A DNA stretch of 64,000 bases from a virus. The translations under genes and the position numbers were made by a program. The notes beneath the pieces were generated by a model. That model did no database searches and had not been told where the DNA came from. It saw nothing but the letters and a program-made list of their open reading frames with translations. The stretch is from positions 1-64,000 of the IMG/VR virus record IMGVR_UViG_3300036790_000425, one strand, 5' to 3'. Below, one piece after another: positions 62,195 to 64,000 of the stretch; the stretch's first letter is position 1; each line of letters opens with the position of its first letter.

Positions 62195-62890
62195 TTACTC
62201 GGCGGATACGTCCGAGAGCAGCCGCTGGAGCCTTGTCAGGCTCCTGACCAGGGCATCTGCCTTCCGCGAGAGGATTGCCTGGAACACGGCGAAGTACCTG
62301 TTGTCGATGCTGTGGCGGTGACCTGCCTGAGTTCGGTCAGCTTCCGTGGGCTTGCCCGAGATGCTAACTCCGGGCAGGTTCAGGAACCCTGCGGCGAATT
62401 TCTCCTCCCACTGCACTTTCGCGAACATTGCCTCACCCCACAGAGTTACGGAGTGCTGCTCCCATTCATACAGGTGCGTGGTAATGGCGAACAGGAATCG
62501 GCTCCGCAGCTGAGGGGTCAGCCGCGACCAGTCGTCGTCCGGGTTCCCGTCCTCGTCACACACCCACAGCAGCCGTCCGCCGGGGCCGCGGGCAGGCATG
62601 CCGTCGTCGTCGGTGCGCGGCGTCCGGATCGTCTCGTAGAGCTGGTCCATGAGATCGAGCGCGACCTTGAACTGGTCCCGCATGAGCCGCTCGGCCTGGT
62701 ACTTGACCTCCTCCAGCCGGACAGCGTCCTCGCCCTGCCAGGTGGTGCGCATCCGGCTGAAGCTGGTCCGGGTCAGGTTCTTCGTCCGGTCCGGCGGCGG
62801 GTCCGGGGTCAGCGGGCTCTCCTCGCCGGGATCCAGCGGGTTCTCGGAATCACCCAGAGCCCGCTGGATCCGGTCCTGCACGTCTGTCAT
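62195..62890 (-). CDS. Helical protein of the recombination module
   Basis: ATGA-coupled to RuvC; natural composition. Confidence 0.7.
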   Translation of the reverse strand: MTDVQDRIQRALGDSENPLDPGEESPLTPDPPPDRTKNLTRTSFSRMRTTWQGEDAVRLEEVKYQAERLMRDQFKVALDLMDQLYETIRTPRTDDDGMPARGPGGRLLWVCDEDGNPDDDWSRLTPQLRSRFLFAITTHLYEWEQHSVTLWGEAMFAKVQWEEKFAAGFLNLPGVSISGKPTEADRTQAGHRHSIDNRYFAVFQAILSRKADALVRSLTRLQRLLSDVSAE

Positions 62891-63504
62891 GTCTGCTCCC
62901 TCGCCAGCGCCAGGCGGCGCTTCTGCTCATCGTGGAGGTAAGTGAGGCCGACCGAGGCCCCGTCCCGCTGGTGCTCATTCCAGTCCCGGCCGGCTGCCGC
63001 GGGGATCAGCCGGATGATGGCCTCCCGGATGGCCTTCTTGCGATTCTCGGACAGGATCCGGGAGTTGCCCAGCAGGACCGCGGAGACGTGCATGGCGCTC
63101 ACCGGGATCACCCGCGGCCGGGACTGGTGGATCATCAGGCCGGCGATCAGGCTCGACTCGGTCCGGCTGCCGCCGCCCGTGACGTAGGGAGCCTCGACCA
63201 CCGTCTCGTAGCCGTGCCGGGCGACCGCGCTGTAGACCCCGGTCAGGGCATCCCGCAGGTAGGTCGCCTTGTCCCAGGTCTCCAGGAAGCTGGCCCGGGT
63301 GGTCTTCGGGTTGATCGTCCCCCTGTCCAGGACGTGCACCAGGCCGTAGCGGACCTCCAGCAGCACCCAGCCGGTGTGGCTGAGCGTGGCGTCGAAGGCC
63401 AGCACCGGCTGGCAGGCCAGGAACTCGCTGACGTGCGGGAAGCGCCAGGGCTCCGGTTCCGGGCGGCGCCTGCGGCTGCGGAGCTGTTCGCGGATGTCGT
63501 TCAC
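62887..63504 (-). CDS. RuvC-like Holliday junction resolvase
   Basis: VLAFDATLSHTGW, VVEAP, EHQRDG acidic residues. Confidence 0.8.
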   Translation of the reverse strand: MNDIREQLRSRRRRPEPEPWRFPHVSEFLACQPVLAFDATLSHTGWVLLEVRYGLVHVLDRGTINPKTTRASFLETWDKATYLRDALTGVYSAVARHGYETVVEAPYVTGGGSRTESSLIAGLMIHQSRPRVIPVSAMHVSAVLLGNSRILSENRKKAIREAIIRLIPAAAGRDWNEHQRDGASVGLTYLHDEQKRRLALAREQT

Positions 63505-64000
63505 GAGACGATCTCCACCCCTCGCCGCCAGTGGTCCAGGACCTCCAGGTACTTGGCCTCGGTCTGGGCCGCGAACCCGGCGTCGTAGTCGATGTGGAAC
63601 TCCCGGGTGGTCCAGGGGTTGCCCAGGCCCATGAAGTAGACGATGTACCGGCGCAGGCCGGTCATCCGCATGCACTCCTGCATCTGGGCCCAGTAGTGCG
63701 GCCACTTCTCCCGGAAGTGCCCGGCGTCCATGTCCGTGATCCCGGACAGCCCGAACGGCCGGATCGTCTTCAGGTCGAACCCGAACACGCCCTGCGGGCC
63801 GAAGTTGAGGATCGAGTCCAGGTGGCACCGGGACATCGACTCCGGGTGCACCGCGCCGTGCTCCATGCACCATTTCGAGGCCTGCCGGGCGCGGGCCGGC
63901 TTGTAGGGCCGGCCGCAGGCCGGGCAGTCGCCCTCGGGCAGCGGCACGGTGACGCCCATCCGGTCCAGGGCGGCCTCCACGACGCCGTGCGTGACGGTGC
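63501..64000 (-). CDS. Cas4-like PD-(D/E)XK exonuclease (5'-partial)
   Basis: CHLD...FDLKT...YWAQMQ. Confidence 0.75.
   Translation of the reverse strand, partial: TVTHGVVEAALDRMGVTVPLPEGDCPACGRPYKPARARQASKWCMEHGAVHPESMSRCHLDSILNFGPQGVFGFDLKTIRPFGLSGITDMDAGHFREKWPHYWAQMQECMRMTGLRRYIVYFMGLGNPWTTREFHIDYDAGFAAQTEAKYLEVLDHWRRGVEIVS

Noticed and set aside
62170-62200. CAAGGAACCCGGTTTTA as another copy of the 17-bp element
   Set aside because: Lacks the TAGC and CTGTA ends and the promoter register
63501-64000. Cas4-like gene as evidence of CRISPR-Cas
   Set aside because: No cas1/cas2 or array in the window; its position beside RuvC fits a phage recombination nuclease

Overview
64-kb segment of a large, very GC-rich tailed actinobacteriophage. 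From memory, the gene order resembles cluster-C-like mycobacteriophages and related large actinophages; I did not verify this by search. The minus strand carries a conserved backbone read right to left: Cas4-like exonuclease, RuvC-like resolvase, sigma-region-4-like factor, probable TerS, TerL, two multi-enzyme polyproteins, UDG, two low-complexity head proteins, Zn-ribbon protein, portal and a 1495-aa SWIM/GNAT protein. Two accessory blocks of short ORFs (5.2-9.8 kb and 13.5-41.4 kb) interrupt it; the larger holds two orphan C5 methyltransferases. Two systems stand out. (1) A regulon of 15 sigma70-type promoters whose 17-bp spacers carry an asymmetric TA-bounded 17-bp element (TACAGGKTTTCTTGCTA). 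The element occurs in both orientations relative to transcription, including an exact 13-bp inversion between CATTA/TAATG repeats in otherwise paralogous promoters. (2) A 1584-aa protein with about seven ADP-ribosyltransferase-like domains plus ParB-like and HExxH domains, next to a nucleotidyltransferase-NUDIX-2H ORF that has an endonuclease VII gene nested out of frame. Domains in these and in the head proteins are separated by a recurring [HKR]-x-[AG]-[AS] motif, suggesting protease-processed virion cargo. No tRNA, rRNA, CRISPR array, integrase or transposase was recognised. All family calls are by eye from motifs.
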